From Deferrisomatales bacterium (GTDB lineage Bacteria; Desulfobacterota; Deferrisomatia; Deferrisomatales; JACRMM01), in assembly GCA_033551855.1 (NCBI GenBank), contig JAWSUI010000013.1, positions 17,058-81,057 on the forward strand: DNA of 64,000 bases, given 5' to 3'. Position 1 is the first letter of the stretch. Each line of letters opens with the position of its first letter. A program made the translations under genes and the position numbers. Shown piece by piece: positions 48,748 through 58,937 of this stretch. The notes under the pieces were generated by a model. The model searched no databases. It was not told the origin of the DNA and saw only the letters and a program-made list of their open reading frames with translations.

Positions 48748-50808
48748 CTATCCCTCGGCGGGGGAGATCTCGATGTTCCGAAAGGCATCGACCTGCCCTT
48801 TCCAGCCGGGGGGAATCAGCGCCGTGGAGATTTGCTCCTCAATCAAGCAGGGGCCATGGACCTCGGTTCCACAGCCGACTTCCACGCGCTCGTAAATGGG
48901 GACTTCTGTAAATCCAAGGCCAGAGAAATAGACAGGCCTTGTCTCCTTGACGACCGGGGATGCAGAAATGGTCGGCCCCTTCTCGCACGGCAGCGTGAGT
49001 CGGGGATTTTGTCCTAGCACTCTGACGCGAAGATTCACGAATTCAACGGTCTCGGCAGACTCGCTATACGAATAGACAGCTTGGTGAAGAGAGTGAAACG
49101 AGGCGAGAATCTCGGCGAGCTCTGCCGTCCCGAACCGCGACCTTCTAATAATCGGAGTATTGAGCTCCCAAGACTGACCTTCATATCTAAGATCGGCGGA
49201 CCACTCCACGCGTACATTCTCGTTGGCCACCCGCTCCGCGTGTAATTGCTTTACTCCGAGACTTTCCATCGCATGGAACATGTCTAGAAGCTCTCCGACG
49301 TCCAACTCGTGCTGGCGCTTCATGACCGTATTTACGTAATCGTGCTGGATATCCGCAACGGCCAGTCCGACGGCAGAGAAATTTCCGCACATTGGCGGCA
49401 CAACGACCTTGTCAATGCCCAAGTCCGCCGCGAGGGCCACGGCATGGTTGGCCGCCGCTCCTCCGAATGGGATGAGCACGAATTCGCGAAGATCGTAGCC
49501 TCTCTGCACCGAAACGCCGCTGATTCCCTTCGCCATGTTTGCGTCCACGATCCGGATGATACTGAGTGCGGCTTCCTCGGCCGTGATTCCCATCTTGTCG
49601 GCGATGTGGGTCCGAATGGCCGCCTCCGCTCTGTCGGCATGAAGGGGGATCTTGCCACCGAGAAAGTAGCCGGGATTGAGGCGCCCGAGCACGAGATTGG
49701 CGTCCGTCACCGTAGGCAACGCTCCGCCCCAGCCGTAGCAGGCCGGACCAGGATTCGAGCCCGCGCTCATCGGCCCGACGTTCAACACTCCCGCCTGGTC
49801 GATCCACGCGATGCTTCCTCCTCCAGCGCCGATGGTCTTGAGATCGACCATCGGCAGCTTGATCGGGTACTCCGTAACCCCTCCCCATGTAGTCGTCTTT
49901 GGCATTCCCTGATCTATGACGGAAATGTCCAGTGTCGTTCCCCCCATGTCCGCGCCGATTGCCATGGGCTGCCCGATGAGCTTGCTCACGAAAGCGGCAG
50001 CCATCGCCCCGCCCGCCGGGCCCGAGTTGATCAATTGGGCAGCGTGTTCACGAGCGACTTCGGCCGGCATGGAGCCCCCGTTGCTTTGCATGATGTGCAA
50101 GCGTAGGTCCCCATACTCGTGTCTCAATCTTTCCTTCAAGTTGTCCATGTATCTCGCGATCACCGGCCCCAGATATCCGTTCATGACCGTGGTGCACGTT
50201 CGCTCATACTCTCTGAACTCTGGGCAGATCTCAGAGGACAGGGACACCGGAACATCCGGAAGGAGGTCGCGGCAAATCTCAGCCGCCATCTTCTCGTGGG
50301 CGGGGTTCAGGAACGAAAAGAGAAAACAGATGACGACAGCCTCGACATCCTGTCCACGAAAGAACAAGGCCTCCGAGCGCACAGATTCAGGAGCCAGTGG
50401 AGTCTCCACCTCCCCCCTGCCATTTACTCGCTCAACGACGCCCTTCCTCAAATACCTCGGGACAAGTGGGGGCGGATTGTCTACTCCGAAGTCGAACGCA
50501 GCCTCCCTGGGCCGAGCGACTCGCCGAATTTCCAGCACGTCTTCAAATCCCCGCGTGGTGAGCAAACCCACCTTGGCGCCTCGTCCTTCGACGATCGCAT
50601 TGGTTCCGATCGTCGTTCCGTGAATCAGGTAGGTGAGGGTGGAAATCTCCTTGGATGAAATGCGCAGTATCTCGGCAAGTCCCTGCATCACGCCTTGTGC
50701 CAAGTCTCGGTGGGTGGTGGGGGTCTTCGTGTAGTGAAACGCCCCCGTACCCTCATCCACGAGAATGACATCGGTAAATGTCCCGCCGACATCGATCGCG
50801 ATCCGCAT
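48748..50808 (-). CDS. Hydantoinase A / oxoprolinase family ATP-binding subunit
   Basis: DVGGTFTD, HGTT, SGPAGG, DMGGTT, GAGGGS, PTVTDA. Confidence 0.92.
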   Translation of the reverse strand: MRIAIDVGGTFTDVILVDEGTGAFHYTKTPTTHRDLAQGVMQGLAEILRISSKEISTLTYLIHGTTIGTNAIVEGRGAKVGLLTTRGFEDVLEIRRVARPREAAFDFGVDNPPPLVPRYLRKGVVERVNGRGEVETPLAPESVRSEALFFRGQDVEAVVICFLFSFLNPAHEKMAAEICRDLLPDVPVSLSSEICPEFREYERTCTTVMNGYLGPVIARYMDNLKERLRHEYGDLRLHIMQSNGGSMPAEVAREHAAQLINSGPAGGAMAAAFVSKLIGQPMAIGADMGGTTLDISVIDQGMPKTTTWGGVTEYPIKLPMVDLKTIGAGGGSIAWIDQAGVLNVGPMSAGSNPGPACYGWGGALPTVTDANLVLGRLNPGYFLGGKIPLHADRAEAAIRTHIADKMGITAEEAALSIIRIVDANMAKGISGVSVQRGYDLREFVLIPFGGAAANHAVALAADLGIDKVVVPPMCGNFSAVGLAVADIQHDYVNTVMKRQHELDVGELLDMFHAMESLGVKQLHAERVANENVRVEWSADLRYEGQSWELNTPIIRRSRFGTAELAEILASFHSLHQAVYSYSESAETVEFVNLRVRVLGQNPRLTLPCEKGPTISASPVVKETRPVYFSGLGFTEVPIYERVEVGCGTEVHGPCLIEEQISTALIPPGWKGQVDAFRNIEISPAEG

Positions 50809-50880
50809 CGACCTCTCCTGTTGGAGCGCATGTCTCCTCGGGGCATCGCAGGCCCCGGGTCCCTCAACCCCCCGGCCTGA

Positions 50881-51218
50881 TTGTATACACTGGCCCCAGC
50901 AGGTCAAGAAGCGCCTCTCCTCGGGCTCGGCGGGACCACGCAGCCTCCTCTTGCCATAATTACGCGGCAATTGTGGCCTGGCCGGCCAGACGCCTCCTCT
51001 CTTCCAGGCGCGCCCGCAGCCGGCCCAGAGACGAGACTCATTCTCCCGTATACACCCGCGCTGTCGTGGCTGCAAACACTGTTCGCTTTCCGTCACATGC
51101 GCGTGGCCATTTTTGTTGAATCCGCGTTTTAAGGCGTCTTTTGGCAGCGCTGCACATGAGCTAATATTTGTTTTTTTGCCGCACATGCCCTTGTGCCCAC
51201 GGATGTCCCTGTATACAC
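50881..51218. promoter_or_regulatory. Three GTATACAC boxes, candidate GntR/FadR operators
   Basis: GTATACAC starts at 50883, 51048 and 51211 in the divergent hyuA/gntR intergenic region. Confidence 0.6.
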
Positions 51219-51309
51219 TCACGCCAATGCTGCGGCGGAATTTCTGCCTGACGTCCACGAGAGACACGCTCCGTTCTCTCGAATATTCCGCGCCGGGTGG
51301 GCAATCCGA

Positions 51310-51963
51310 ATGAATCTGAAAGAGAGGGTGGTCCGGGAGCTGAGGCTCGCCATTGCCGATGGTCAATATGGCCCGGGGGAGCACTTGACCGAAGCTGCGT
51401 TGTGCGAGCGTTTCAAGGTGAGCCGTACACCCGTGCGTGAGGCGTTGAACCAGCTCGAGAGAGAGGGGTTTGTAAGAAAGACTCCGGCAGCTGGTGTTCG
51501 TGTGACAAAGCTTACGCTCCAGGAAGCAAAGAACGTTTACGACCTACTCATCGTCTTGGAAAGTGCAGCAGCACGGTTTGCGTGTATCAACATTACAGAT
51601 GAACAAATACGCAAGTTGGTCGAGTACAATATTTTGTTCGAAAGAGCCGCGGAAACGTCCAACACAGACCTCTTGTTCCAAGTAAATTTGCAATTTCACT
51701 GGCTCATTACGGAAGCCACGCATAACGCCTACCTCATAGACGCAAGAGACAATTTTCGGCGCCTAGTGGATCGAATTGGCCGCATCTTTCCGCGCATTCC
51801 CGAGCAAATTGAGGCTTCTCTCAGAGAGCACCGACAGATTACCGACGCATTGAAGACGCGCAATGCAGCGTTGACGGAATTTCTCATGCGGGAGCACCTG
51901 GAAAAAGCGAAGAAGCGACTTTTCGATCACCTGCAGCAGGAGGAGGAAAAATCGAGTGGATAG
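51310..51963 (+). CDS. GntR family (FadR/FCD) transcriptional regulator
   Basis: VSRTPVREAL wHTH; N..FH, EH..I and EHL FCD motifs. Confidence 0.92.
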   Translation: MNLKERVVRELRLAIADGQYGPGEHLTEAALCERFKVSRTPVREALNQLEREGFVRKTPAAGVRVTKLTLQEAKNVYDLLIVLESAAARFACINITDEQIRKLVEYNILFERAAETSNTDLLFQVNLQFHWLITEATHNAYLIDARDNFRRLVDRIGRIFPRIPEQIEASLREHRQITDALKTRNAALTEFLMREHLEKAKKRLFDHLQQEEEKSSG

Positions 51964-51997
51964 GGACCCTTCGCACCTTAACGAACAGGAGAGTCCG

Positions 51998-52990
51998 ATG
52001 ATGAAACGATGGGCGATGGTGCTCGTGGTGTTGTTCGCATGGCTCTGTGTCCCGGTGGTTGGAAGCCAGGCGCTGGCTAGGGAGAAAGTGCTCAGGGCGG
52101 TTGTCTTCGTGCCGCTGGACTCTCCCATGGTCGCCATGACACACGAATGGGTAAAGAGGGTAAACGAAGCGCTCGCGGGGGAGGTGCGGGTGCAGTACCT
52201 CGGAGGCCCAGAAGTCATCCCCGGGTTCGACCAAGTGGAGGCCTGTCGCAATGGCGTTGTGGACATCGTCTTCGCGGCGGGAAGCTACTACGACCCAATA
52301 CTTCCGGAGATTATCGCCAGCCTCTTGTCCAAAGTAAGCCTCGAAGAGGAAATGAAGCCAGATGGGCTGTACGATTATTTGGTTAAGTCTCATGAAACAA
52401 TCGGCATTCGGAGCCTGGGACGCTGGCTCTACAATCCGTTCTATCTGTATTTCACGAAGGACGTGACCGGGATTGAGGATCTAAAGGGGAAGAAGATGCG
52501 GAGTGGCAGGACCTACGACCGCATGATGCAGAAAATGGGGATGATTCCAGTGACTATCGGTATGCCCGACGTCTACACCGCGCTGGAGCGGGGAACCGTG
52601 GACGGTTTCGGTTGGAGCATGATGGGCCCCCTGGATTTCGGTTGGACCGAGGCCGCGAAGCACATCTTGGACATCCCGTTTTACGTAACCCAGAATACAC
52701 TTGTTTTGTTTAACCTGTCTGTTTGGAACGGCCTCTCCGAAAATGCCAGAAACAAGATCCTCGAGATCGACAAGAAATTTCAGCACGACGTTGTGGAATA
52801 CTTTAAGGGAGAAATCGAAAAGGAGTGGGCCAGGCTGGATAAGGCCGGGGTGAAGAGAATACAGTTTTCCTCGGCAGACCGGGAAAAGTTCCTGTCCATT
52901 GCCTATGACTCTGCCTGGGAGCAATTGGCGGAAAAGCTGAACGACCCCGACCAAGTGGCCAAACTCAAAAAAATTACGGGAAACGACTGA
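51998..52990 (+). CDS. dctP: TRAP transporter substrate-binding protein
   Basis: Signal peptide; DLKGKKMR, DVYTALERGTVDG. Confidence 0.9.
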   Translation: MMKRWAMVLVVLFAWLCVPVVGSQALAREKVLRAVVFVPLDSPMVAMTHEWVKRVNEALAGEVRVQYLGGPEVIPGFDQVEACRNGVVDIVFAAGSYYDPILPEIIASLLSKVSLEEEMKPDGLYDYLVKSHETIGIRSLGRWLYNPFYLYFTKDVTGIEDLKGKKMRSGRTYDRMMQKMGMIPVTIGMPDVYTALERGTVDGFGWSMMGPLDFGWTEAAKHILDIPFYVTQNTLVLFNLSVWNGLSENARNKILEIDKKFQHDVVEYFKGEIEKEWARLDKAGVKRIQFSSADREKFLSIAYDSAWEQLAEKLNDPDQVAKLKKITGND

Positions 52991-53003
52991 TCAGTTGACG
53001 CCA

Positions 53004-53098
53004 CGGTGGCGGTGCGGCTCACGGCCCGAGGGAGCGGCTAGATTTCGGAACCGGGTCGCGCCGGCAAGGAATCGGTAATCGGGGCCGCGCCGCCACCG
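53004..53098 (+). repeat. 17-bp GC stem between dctP and dctQ (putative mRNA-stabilising structure)
   Basis: CGGTGGCGGTGCGGCTC pairs with GGGCCGCGCCGCCACCG, with two G-U pairs. Confidence 0.55.
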
Positions 53099-53163
53099 GA
53101 TCGTTCTTCTTCTGGCAACGGGATGTGGGTGTAGTCGGACGGGGCAAGACAGGGGCAATTCCG

Positions 53164-53706
53164 ATGGGCAGAAGCAACCTCGTGGCACGGGCTTTCGAAG
53201 GGGCGTCAGCAGCCGCATTTTGGGTCGCAGCCGCATTCCTGCTCTTTACAGTGGCCTCGGTTACCACGGATGTCACCCTCCGCTACTTCTTCAACCGGCC
53301 GATCACGTGGCTAAACGAGACGATAGAAACGTTGATGCTGTACGTCACGTTCTTGGGAGGTGCGTGGGTGGCCCGCGAGCGGGGGCACGTGACGGTAGAC
53401 ATTCTCCTGGCGCGAGCCTCAGCGCGGAACCAAGACCGCCTCAGAGTGATCAGCAGTCTCATCGCGTGCTCCGTGTGTGCCGTACTTGTCGTATTTGGCG
53501 CCCGTGTCACGTGGGACTTCTATGTGAGGGGAGTTCACAGCATGACGGTCCTCGAATTGCCGGTAGCAGCGAAGCTGGTCGTGATTCCCGCGGGAGCGCT
53601 GCTCATGCTGAGTCAGTTCCTCCGAGAGCTGGCAGGCCACTGGAGGGAGCTGAGAGGCCCACGCCCGCTCTTCACCTCCGAGCCTGACAGCGGCGCAGAA
53701 ACCTGA
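53164..53706 (+). CDS. dctQ: TRAP transporter small permease
   Basis: DVTLRYFFNRPITW..E; HVTVD; four TM segments. Confidence 0.88.
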   Translation: MGRSNLVARAFEGASAAAFWVAAAFLLFTVASVTTDVTLRYFFNRPITWLNETIETLMLYVTFLGGAWVARERGHVTVDILLARASARNQDRLRVISSLIACSVCAVLVVFGARVTWDFYVRGVHSMTVLELPVAAKLVVIPAGALLMLSQFLRELAGHWRELRGPRPLFTSEPDSGAET

Positions 53707-53719
53707 AGGGGTTTCTTCG

Positions 53720-55039
53720 ATGGACTGGCTGTTACCGCTCACTGGCATTCTCGGGGGTGTCCTGTTTCTCTTTCTTATCGGTGTCCCGGTCGCGTTCTCC
53801 TTTCTCGCCGTAAACATCATCGGTGTCTATATCTTTTGGGGGGGCCTTTCCGGTCTGGACCAGCTCATTTTGAGCATTTACCGGTCCGTAGCCAATTTCT
53901 CCCTGATTCCGATACCGCTGTTCATCCTCATGGGAGAAATCATGTTTCTGTCGGGGGTGGCCCCCCGGATGATGGAGACCCTCGATCGTTGGTTGGGAAG
54001 GGTTCCCGGGCGCTTGGGACTCCTGGCTGTGGGAGGCGGAGCCGTTTTCGCGACCCTATCCGGCTCTGCCATGTCCGGTTGCGCCATGCTCGGCTCCACC
54101 TTGGTCCCCGAGATGGAGAGGCGCGGGTACAAGAAGCCGATGAGCTTGGGACCGATCCTCGGCGCAGGCGGCCTCGCCGTGATGATTCCCCCGAGCGCAC
54201 TTGGGGTTCTGCTGGCATCTCTCGGCCGGTTCTCGGTGGGCGGGCTCCTGATCGCCATCATCGTCCCAGGGTTGATCATGGCGCTGTGCTACGGTCTCTA
54301 CATCGTAGGCCGCTGTTGGCTTCAACCCCAGTTGGCCCCAGTTTACTCTGCCCCCCCGATTCCGCTCTGGGAAAAGTTAACGCTCACTGTCCGGTACGTG
54401 CTACCCCTGGGACTTATCATTTTTCTCGTGATTGGCCTCATGATCATCGGCTTTGCTACGCCAACCGAGTCTGCTGCTCTAGGAGTGATGGGTTGCTTCC
54501 TCTTGGCTTTTGTATACAAGAGGAAGGTCGATTTGACACTGACGAAAAAGTCAACGGCAAATGCCCTGAAGATTACGGTCATGATGTTCATGATCCTGAC
54601 CGGATCGACCGCTTTCTCCCAAGTGCTGGCGTTTACAGGCGCAACGCGAGGTCTCATCGAGCTGGCACTGGGCCTCGATCTCCCGGCGTTGATGGTCATC
54701 GTACTGATGATGGGAATTCTCCTCGTGATGGGGGCCTTTATGGAACCACTCACGATCATGATGATCACGCTGCCAATTTTCATGCCCGTCGTGCAGTCGC
54801 TAGGCTTCGATCCGATCTGGTTTGGTGTCCTTATGCTGCTCAACATGGAAATGGCAACGACGACACCTCCATTCGGCTTGGTGCTGTTCGTCATGAAGGG
54901 AGTAGCGCCGCCTGACACCAGGATGAGCGACATTTATCGTGCAGCGATTCCATTCCTTCTCTGCGACACTGTGGTGCTGGGCCTGCTCCTGATTTTCCCC
55001 CAGTTGTCGCTGTGGCTGCCCCAGCTAGTGCGGGGGTGA
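53720..55039 (+). CDS. dctM: TRAP transporter large permease
   Basis: IPLFILMG, MIPPS, TPTESA, TPPFG. Confidence 0.93.
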   Translation: MDWLLPLTGILGGVLFLFLIGVPVAFSFLAVNIIGVYIFWGGLSGLDQLILSIYRSVANFSLIPIPLFILMGEIMFLSGVAPRMMETLDRWLGRVPGRLGLLAVGGGAVFATLSGSAMSGCAMLGSTLVPEMERRGYKKPMSLGPILGAGGLAVMIPPSALGVLLASLGRFSVGGLLIAIIVPGLIMALCYGLYIVGRCWLQPQLAPVYSAPPIPLWEKLTLTVRYVLPLGLIIFLVIGLMIIGFATPTESAALGVMGCFLLAFVYKRKVDLTLTKKSTANALKITVMMFMILTGSTAFSQVLAFTGATRGLIELALGLDLPALMVIVLMMGILLVMGAFMEPLTIMMITLPIFMPVVQSLGFDPIWFGVLMLLNMEMATTTPPFGLVLFVMKGVAPPDTRMSDIYRAAIPFLLCDTVVLGLLLIFPQLSLWLPQLVRG

Positions 55040-55232
55040 TCACAGTCAATTTTCTCCCACGCCGCTAGACCTCCATCGGGAGTTGGAGACCGCCGCGCGC
55101 CACGTGATAGAGGGCAGCTGCTTCCTGCTGGCTCGTCCGCAGGATCTGTGGGTACGTTGCGGTCCAAAGGGGGCCGTCGTGGGCTGACGTGAAGCATCCA
55201 CACCGGTCCATTACTTGCCGACGAGATCCAAC

Positions 55233-56192
55233 TCATGTCGAGCTCCCCTCGGCGCTATTGGACATGAGCTCCTCGATGAAATCTCGAACCATCTCCGCCA
55301 ACGAGTAGGCGGGCGTCCAACCCCACTCCTTGCGCGCATTTTCACCCGATATTGCCTTCGGAATCGTTTGGAGCACCTCCACTGCCTTCGGATCCGGGGC
55401 AAAGCCGAGGCGCGCCCCCGGGAAGTGACGCCGGACCTCCTCCACGATGTCCTGCGCCGTAGGAGCGGGAGTGATCTGACCCACGTTGTACACACGAGTC
55501 TTGATGCGTTCCTCCGGAGCGTCGTGGAGCAGCACCAGGCTGCGAACCGCGTCCTTGATGTACAGCATGGGGATGGTAGTCTCCGGGGGCACCCAGGCTT
55601 CGAACGCCTCGCTCCGCGCCGCTGCCTCGATGAGGCGGGGGCCATACTGACCGAACCCCCCGGAGAGAACCCCCGGGCCGACGAGTTGGGGGAAGCGGAT
55701 TCCCCGAAAGTCGAGCCCGAACTTCCGCTGATAGTAGAGTCCGAGCAGCTCTCCGAATACTTTCCCCACCCCGTAGATGAGGGTCGGACGCTGCGCCGTG
55801 TCATCGTCTACCGCCATGTCCGAGGAGACCGAGTAGGTACCCATGGAGCTTGTGAAGAGGAGCTTTCCCGCGCCGGAGAGCCGTGCCGCGTCGAGAATGT
55901 TGAAGGTGCCCAGCCCGTTTACCCGGAGGGAGCTCCAGGGGTTTTCCTCCGAAGGGGCGGACAGGATGGCTGCCAGATGGAAAACCGAGGAGACGGGAGT
56001 TCCCGAGAAGACGTTCAGGATCTCGGATAAGTTCGCCACGTCGGCTCTCACGTAGGAAACGCCGGGCAGTGCGGAGATCCGGGGTGGAGGGGGCTTGACG
56101 TCCACGAGCACGACGCGCTCACCGCGTCCCGAGAACTCGCGAGCCAAGGAAGCGCCGATGAAGCCCGAACCCCCTGTAATCAGGATTGCCAT
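55233..56192 (-). CDS. Extended SDR, L-threonine 3-dehydrogenase-like
   Basis: TGGSGFIG, HLAAILSA, YGVGK, DFRGIRFP. Confidence 0.85.
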   Translation of the reverse strand: MAILITGGSGFIGASLAREFSGRGERVVLVDVKPPPPRISALPGVSYVRADVANLSEILNVFSGTPVSSVFHLAAILSAPSEENPWSSLRVNGLGTFNILDAARLSGAGKLLFTSSMGTYSVSSDMAVDDDTAQRPTLIYGVGKVFGELLGLYYQRKFGLDFRGIRFPQLVGPGVLSGGFGQYGPRLIEAAARSEAFEAWVPPETTIPMLYIKDAVRSLVLLHDAPEERIKTRVYNVGQITPAPTAQDIVEEVRRHFPGARLGFAPDPKAVEVLQTIPKAISGENARKEWGWTPAYSLAEMVRDFIEELMSNSAEGSST

Positions 56193-56195
56193 TCG

Positions 56196-57122
56196 TCACC
56201 TTCCCTGTTCGTCTTCAGAGTAGAGAAGCCGGACGAGCCGGAGGAGTCTGTCATCGCGCGATCTCTCTGCAGCCCGTGCTTCATCACCGTATCGGAAGAA
56301 CCCTGCGCCGCTCGCGGTGCCGAGGTCGCCCCGCCCGACCTTCTCCCGGAGGATCTCCTGGGGTTCCCTCGAGTTGTCGAGATGCGGGTAGAGGCTGCGC
56401 AGGCCACGGAGCCAGAGGTCGAGCCCTCCCATATCGGCTGTCTCCAGGGGTCCGACAACCGCGAGCCGTAGGCCGAAACTGCCCCGAACGGCCTTGTCCA
56501 GCTCCTCCGGCTCCGCGACCCCGGCCTGGAGGAGCGCGAGCGCCTCCCGGAGCAGAGCCGTCTGCAGTCGATTGACGAGAAATCCCGGAACCTCTCGCCG
56601 GACCCGAACTGGCTCTTTGCCCACATCTCGCAGGAGCGACACGGTCCTGTCCACCGTGCGGGCGGAAGTGCGCTCGCCCGGTACCACCTCCACGACGGGG
56701 ATCAGGTAGGGCGGGTTGAACCAGTGGGCAATCACATGATTCTCCGGGTTTCGCGTCCCCTCCCCCATGGCGCTTACGCTCAGCGTGGAGGTGTTGCTCG
56801 CAACGATCGCGTGCGGGTCGGCACATTCGCCTACCCGGCGGAAGATCTCCCTCTTGAGGTCGAGGTCCTCCGGCACGGCCTCGAAGACGAACTCGGCCCC
56901 CTCGACCGCCTCACCGAGGCTCAACGTCGTCTGGATCCGGGAGAGGGCGGAGCTCCCTCCGCCCAGGAGCTCCAGTTGGGATCGGATGCGGCTTCTGGCT
57001 CGTTCGAGTGCCTCCGTGCGGACGTCCTGGAGACGCACCTCGAAGCCCCTGGCGGCGAAGACCTGGGCGATGCCATGGCCCATGAGCCCCGCGCCGATGA
57101 CGCCCACCCGCGGAGAGCTCAT
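56196..57122 (-). CDS. 3-hydroxyacyl-CoA dehydrogenase family protein
   Basis: GAGLMG, EAVPEDL..K, SNTS, HWFNPP..VE, GFLVNRLQ. Confidence 0.9.
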   Translation of the reverse strand: MSSPRVGVIGAGLMGHGIAQVFAARGFEVRLQDVRTEALERARSRIRSQLELLGGGSSALSRIQTTLSLGEAVEGAEFVFEAVPEDLDLKREIFRRVGECADPHAIVASNTSTLSVSAMGEGTRNPENHVIAHWFNPPYLIPVVEVVPGERTSARTVDRTVSLLRDVGKEPVRVRREVPGFLVNRLQTALLREALALLQAGVAEPEELDKAVRGSFGLRLAVVGPLETADMGGLDLWLRGLRSLYPHLDNSREPQEILREKVGRGDLGTASGAGFFRYGDEARAAERSRDDRLLRLVRLLYSEDEQGR

Positions 57123-58048
57123 CTCGCACCCCAGAGCCGCTGCACCAGAGCGGGAAACAGACCCCGCCGGAAGCCGAGGACCGAGGCCATGAAGACGAGC
57201 GAGAGGATCAAGTTCCAGTGCTCGATCCAGGCGCTCAGCAGGTTCTTCAGGAGCACCACCAGCATCGCTCCCAGCACCGGGCCGTACAGGGTACCCACGC
57301 CGCCCACGAGCGTCATGATGACCACGTCCCCCGAGGTGAAGATGGACAGCGTTTCGAGAGGCACGAAGTTCAGGTGGATGGCGTAGACCCCTCCGGCCAG
57401 GGAGGCGAAGATGGCCGAGACCCCGAAGGCGACGATCTTGAACGAATCCGTGTTGTAGCCGACACTCCGGGCGCGATCCTCGTTCTCCCGCAGGGCCTCG
57501 ACCACGCGACCGAAGGGCGAACGGACAATCCGCAGCGCAGCCCACATGCTCGCCCCGAAAACGGCGAGGACGAAGTAGTAGAAGACCACCTCGTTGTCGA
57601 GGTCCAGTCCGAACGCCGAGGGGCGAGGGACCCCGTGCAGGCCGCTGTCTCCGCCTGTAAGGCTCGTCCACTTGAACCCGATGAAGTACACCATCTGACA
57701 AAACGCGAGGGTTGCCATGATGAAGTAGATCCCGCGCCTGCGAATGGTCAGGAAGCCGATCGCCAGGGCCAGTGCCAGGCTCAGACTGCAGCCGGCGGCG
57801 AGCCCGAGGATGGCGGACTGTGCAGGTCCCTTGAGGATGAGCCCGGCGGCGTATGCCCCGATCCCAAAGAAGATCGCGTGGCCGAACGAGAGAAGCCCCG
57901 TGTACCCGAAGAGGATGTCGTACCCGGCGGCGAAGATGCCCCATATGAGCATCTCGCTTCCGAGTGCCGGGAAAGGCAGCAGGAACGGAAGACCGACGAG
58001 GAGGGTGAGGGCGGAGAGCATGACGATACTGCGCCTGAGAGAGACCAT
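57119..58048 (-). CDS. livM: Branched-chain amino acid-type ABC permease
   Basis: GYTGLLSFGH, TGGDSG, RENE..A. Confidence 0.9.
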   Translation of the reverse strand: MVSLRRSIVMLSALTLLVGLPFLLPFPALGSEMLIWGIFAAGYDILFGYTGLLSFGHAIFFGIGAYAAGLILKGPAQSAILGLAAGCSLSLALALAIGFLTIRRRGIYFIMATLAFCQMVYFIGFKWTSLTGGDSGLHGVPRPSAFGLDLDNEVVFYYFVLAVFGASMWAALRIVRSPFGRVVEALRENEDRARSVGYNTDSFKIVAFGVSAIFASLAGGVYAIHLNFVPLETLSIFTSGDVVIMTLVGGVGTLYGPVLGAMLVVLLKNLLSAWIEHWNLILSLVFMASVLGFRRGLFPALVQRLWGAR

Positions 58049-58058
58049 TGTTTCGGTC

Positions 58059-58937
58059 CTAGTCGAAGAGGTGCGCCCGCCCGAAGAGGCCTCGGGGCCG
58101 GAGGAGGAGCACCAGGGCCATGAAGACGTAGATCAGGGTGTGGGCTATCGGGGGCCAAAAGATCACACCCAGGGTAATTAGCTCCCCGATGATCAGACCG
58201 GCGAGAATGGAACCTCCGATGGACCCGAGCCCCCCCACGATGACCACGACGAACGTCTCCGTGAGCACGCCGGCCCCCATCTCGGGAAGGATGTTCTGTA
58301 CGGGTGCGGCGAGGACCCCGGCGAGCCCGGCCAGCGCCGCACCCAGAGCGAAGACGAGGGAGAACACCTGCGAGATGTCGATTCCCAGGGCACTCACCAT
58401 CTGGCTGTCATCGGTGCCCGCGCGAATGACGGCGCCCAGGTTCGTTCGCTCGACAAAGAGCCAGACCGCCAAGGCACAAGTCAGCGCCACGACGATGATG
58501 AAGAGCCGGTAAGCAGGAAAGATGATGAAACCCATGTCCAGGGAGAACGCGAGCTCCGGGGGTGTGGAGAACGGCTTCCCCATCGGCCCGAAGAAGAGCC
58601 GCACGGCTTCTTCGATGAAGATCATGAGCCCGAACGTCATCAAGAGCATGTAGTAATGTGGAAGTTGGGACAGACGCCGCAAGAGTGTTCGTTCGACCGC
58701 GTATCCGATGGCACCCACGGTTACCGGAGCCACCACGAGCGCCAGCCAAAAGCTCAGGCCAAGGACTTGGCAAGCCGTATAGGCGCCATAGGCCCCCAGC
58801 ATGTAAAGCGCGCCATGGGCAAAGTTGACGATGCCCAGCATCCCAAAGATGATCGACAGCCCCAACGAGAGAAGAACGTAGAAGGAGCCAAGCATCAGGC
58901 CGTTGAAGGCCTGAGCCAAGAGGAACTGGGCATCCAT
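58059..58937 (-). CDS. livH: Branched-chain amino acid-type ABC permease
   Basis: VNFAHG, GGLGS. Confidence 0.9.
   Translation of the reverse strand: MDAQFLLAQAFNGLMLGSFYVLLSLGLSIIFGMLGIVNFAHGALYMLGAYGAYTACQVLGLSFWLALVVAPVTVGAIGYAVERTLLRRLSQLPHYYMLLMTFGLMIFIEEAVRLFFGPMGKPFSTPPELAFSLDMGFIIFPAYRLFIIVVALTCALAVWLFVERTNLGAVIRAGTDDSQMVSALGIDISQVFSLVFALGAALAGLAGVLAAPVQNILPEMGAGVLTETFVVVIVGGLGSIGGSILAGLIIGELITLGVIFWPPIAHTLIYVFMALVLLLRPRGLFGRAHLFD

Noticed and set aside
50809..51384. 192-aa N-terminal extension of HyuA given by the ORF track (also extensions on hisD, hisH, rpmE, gltB1 and the HAD gene)
   Set aside because: Family-typical starts with an RBS or overlap lie downstream; the extensions cross promoters or other genes
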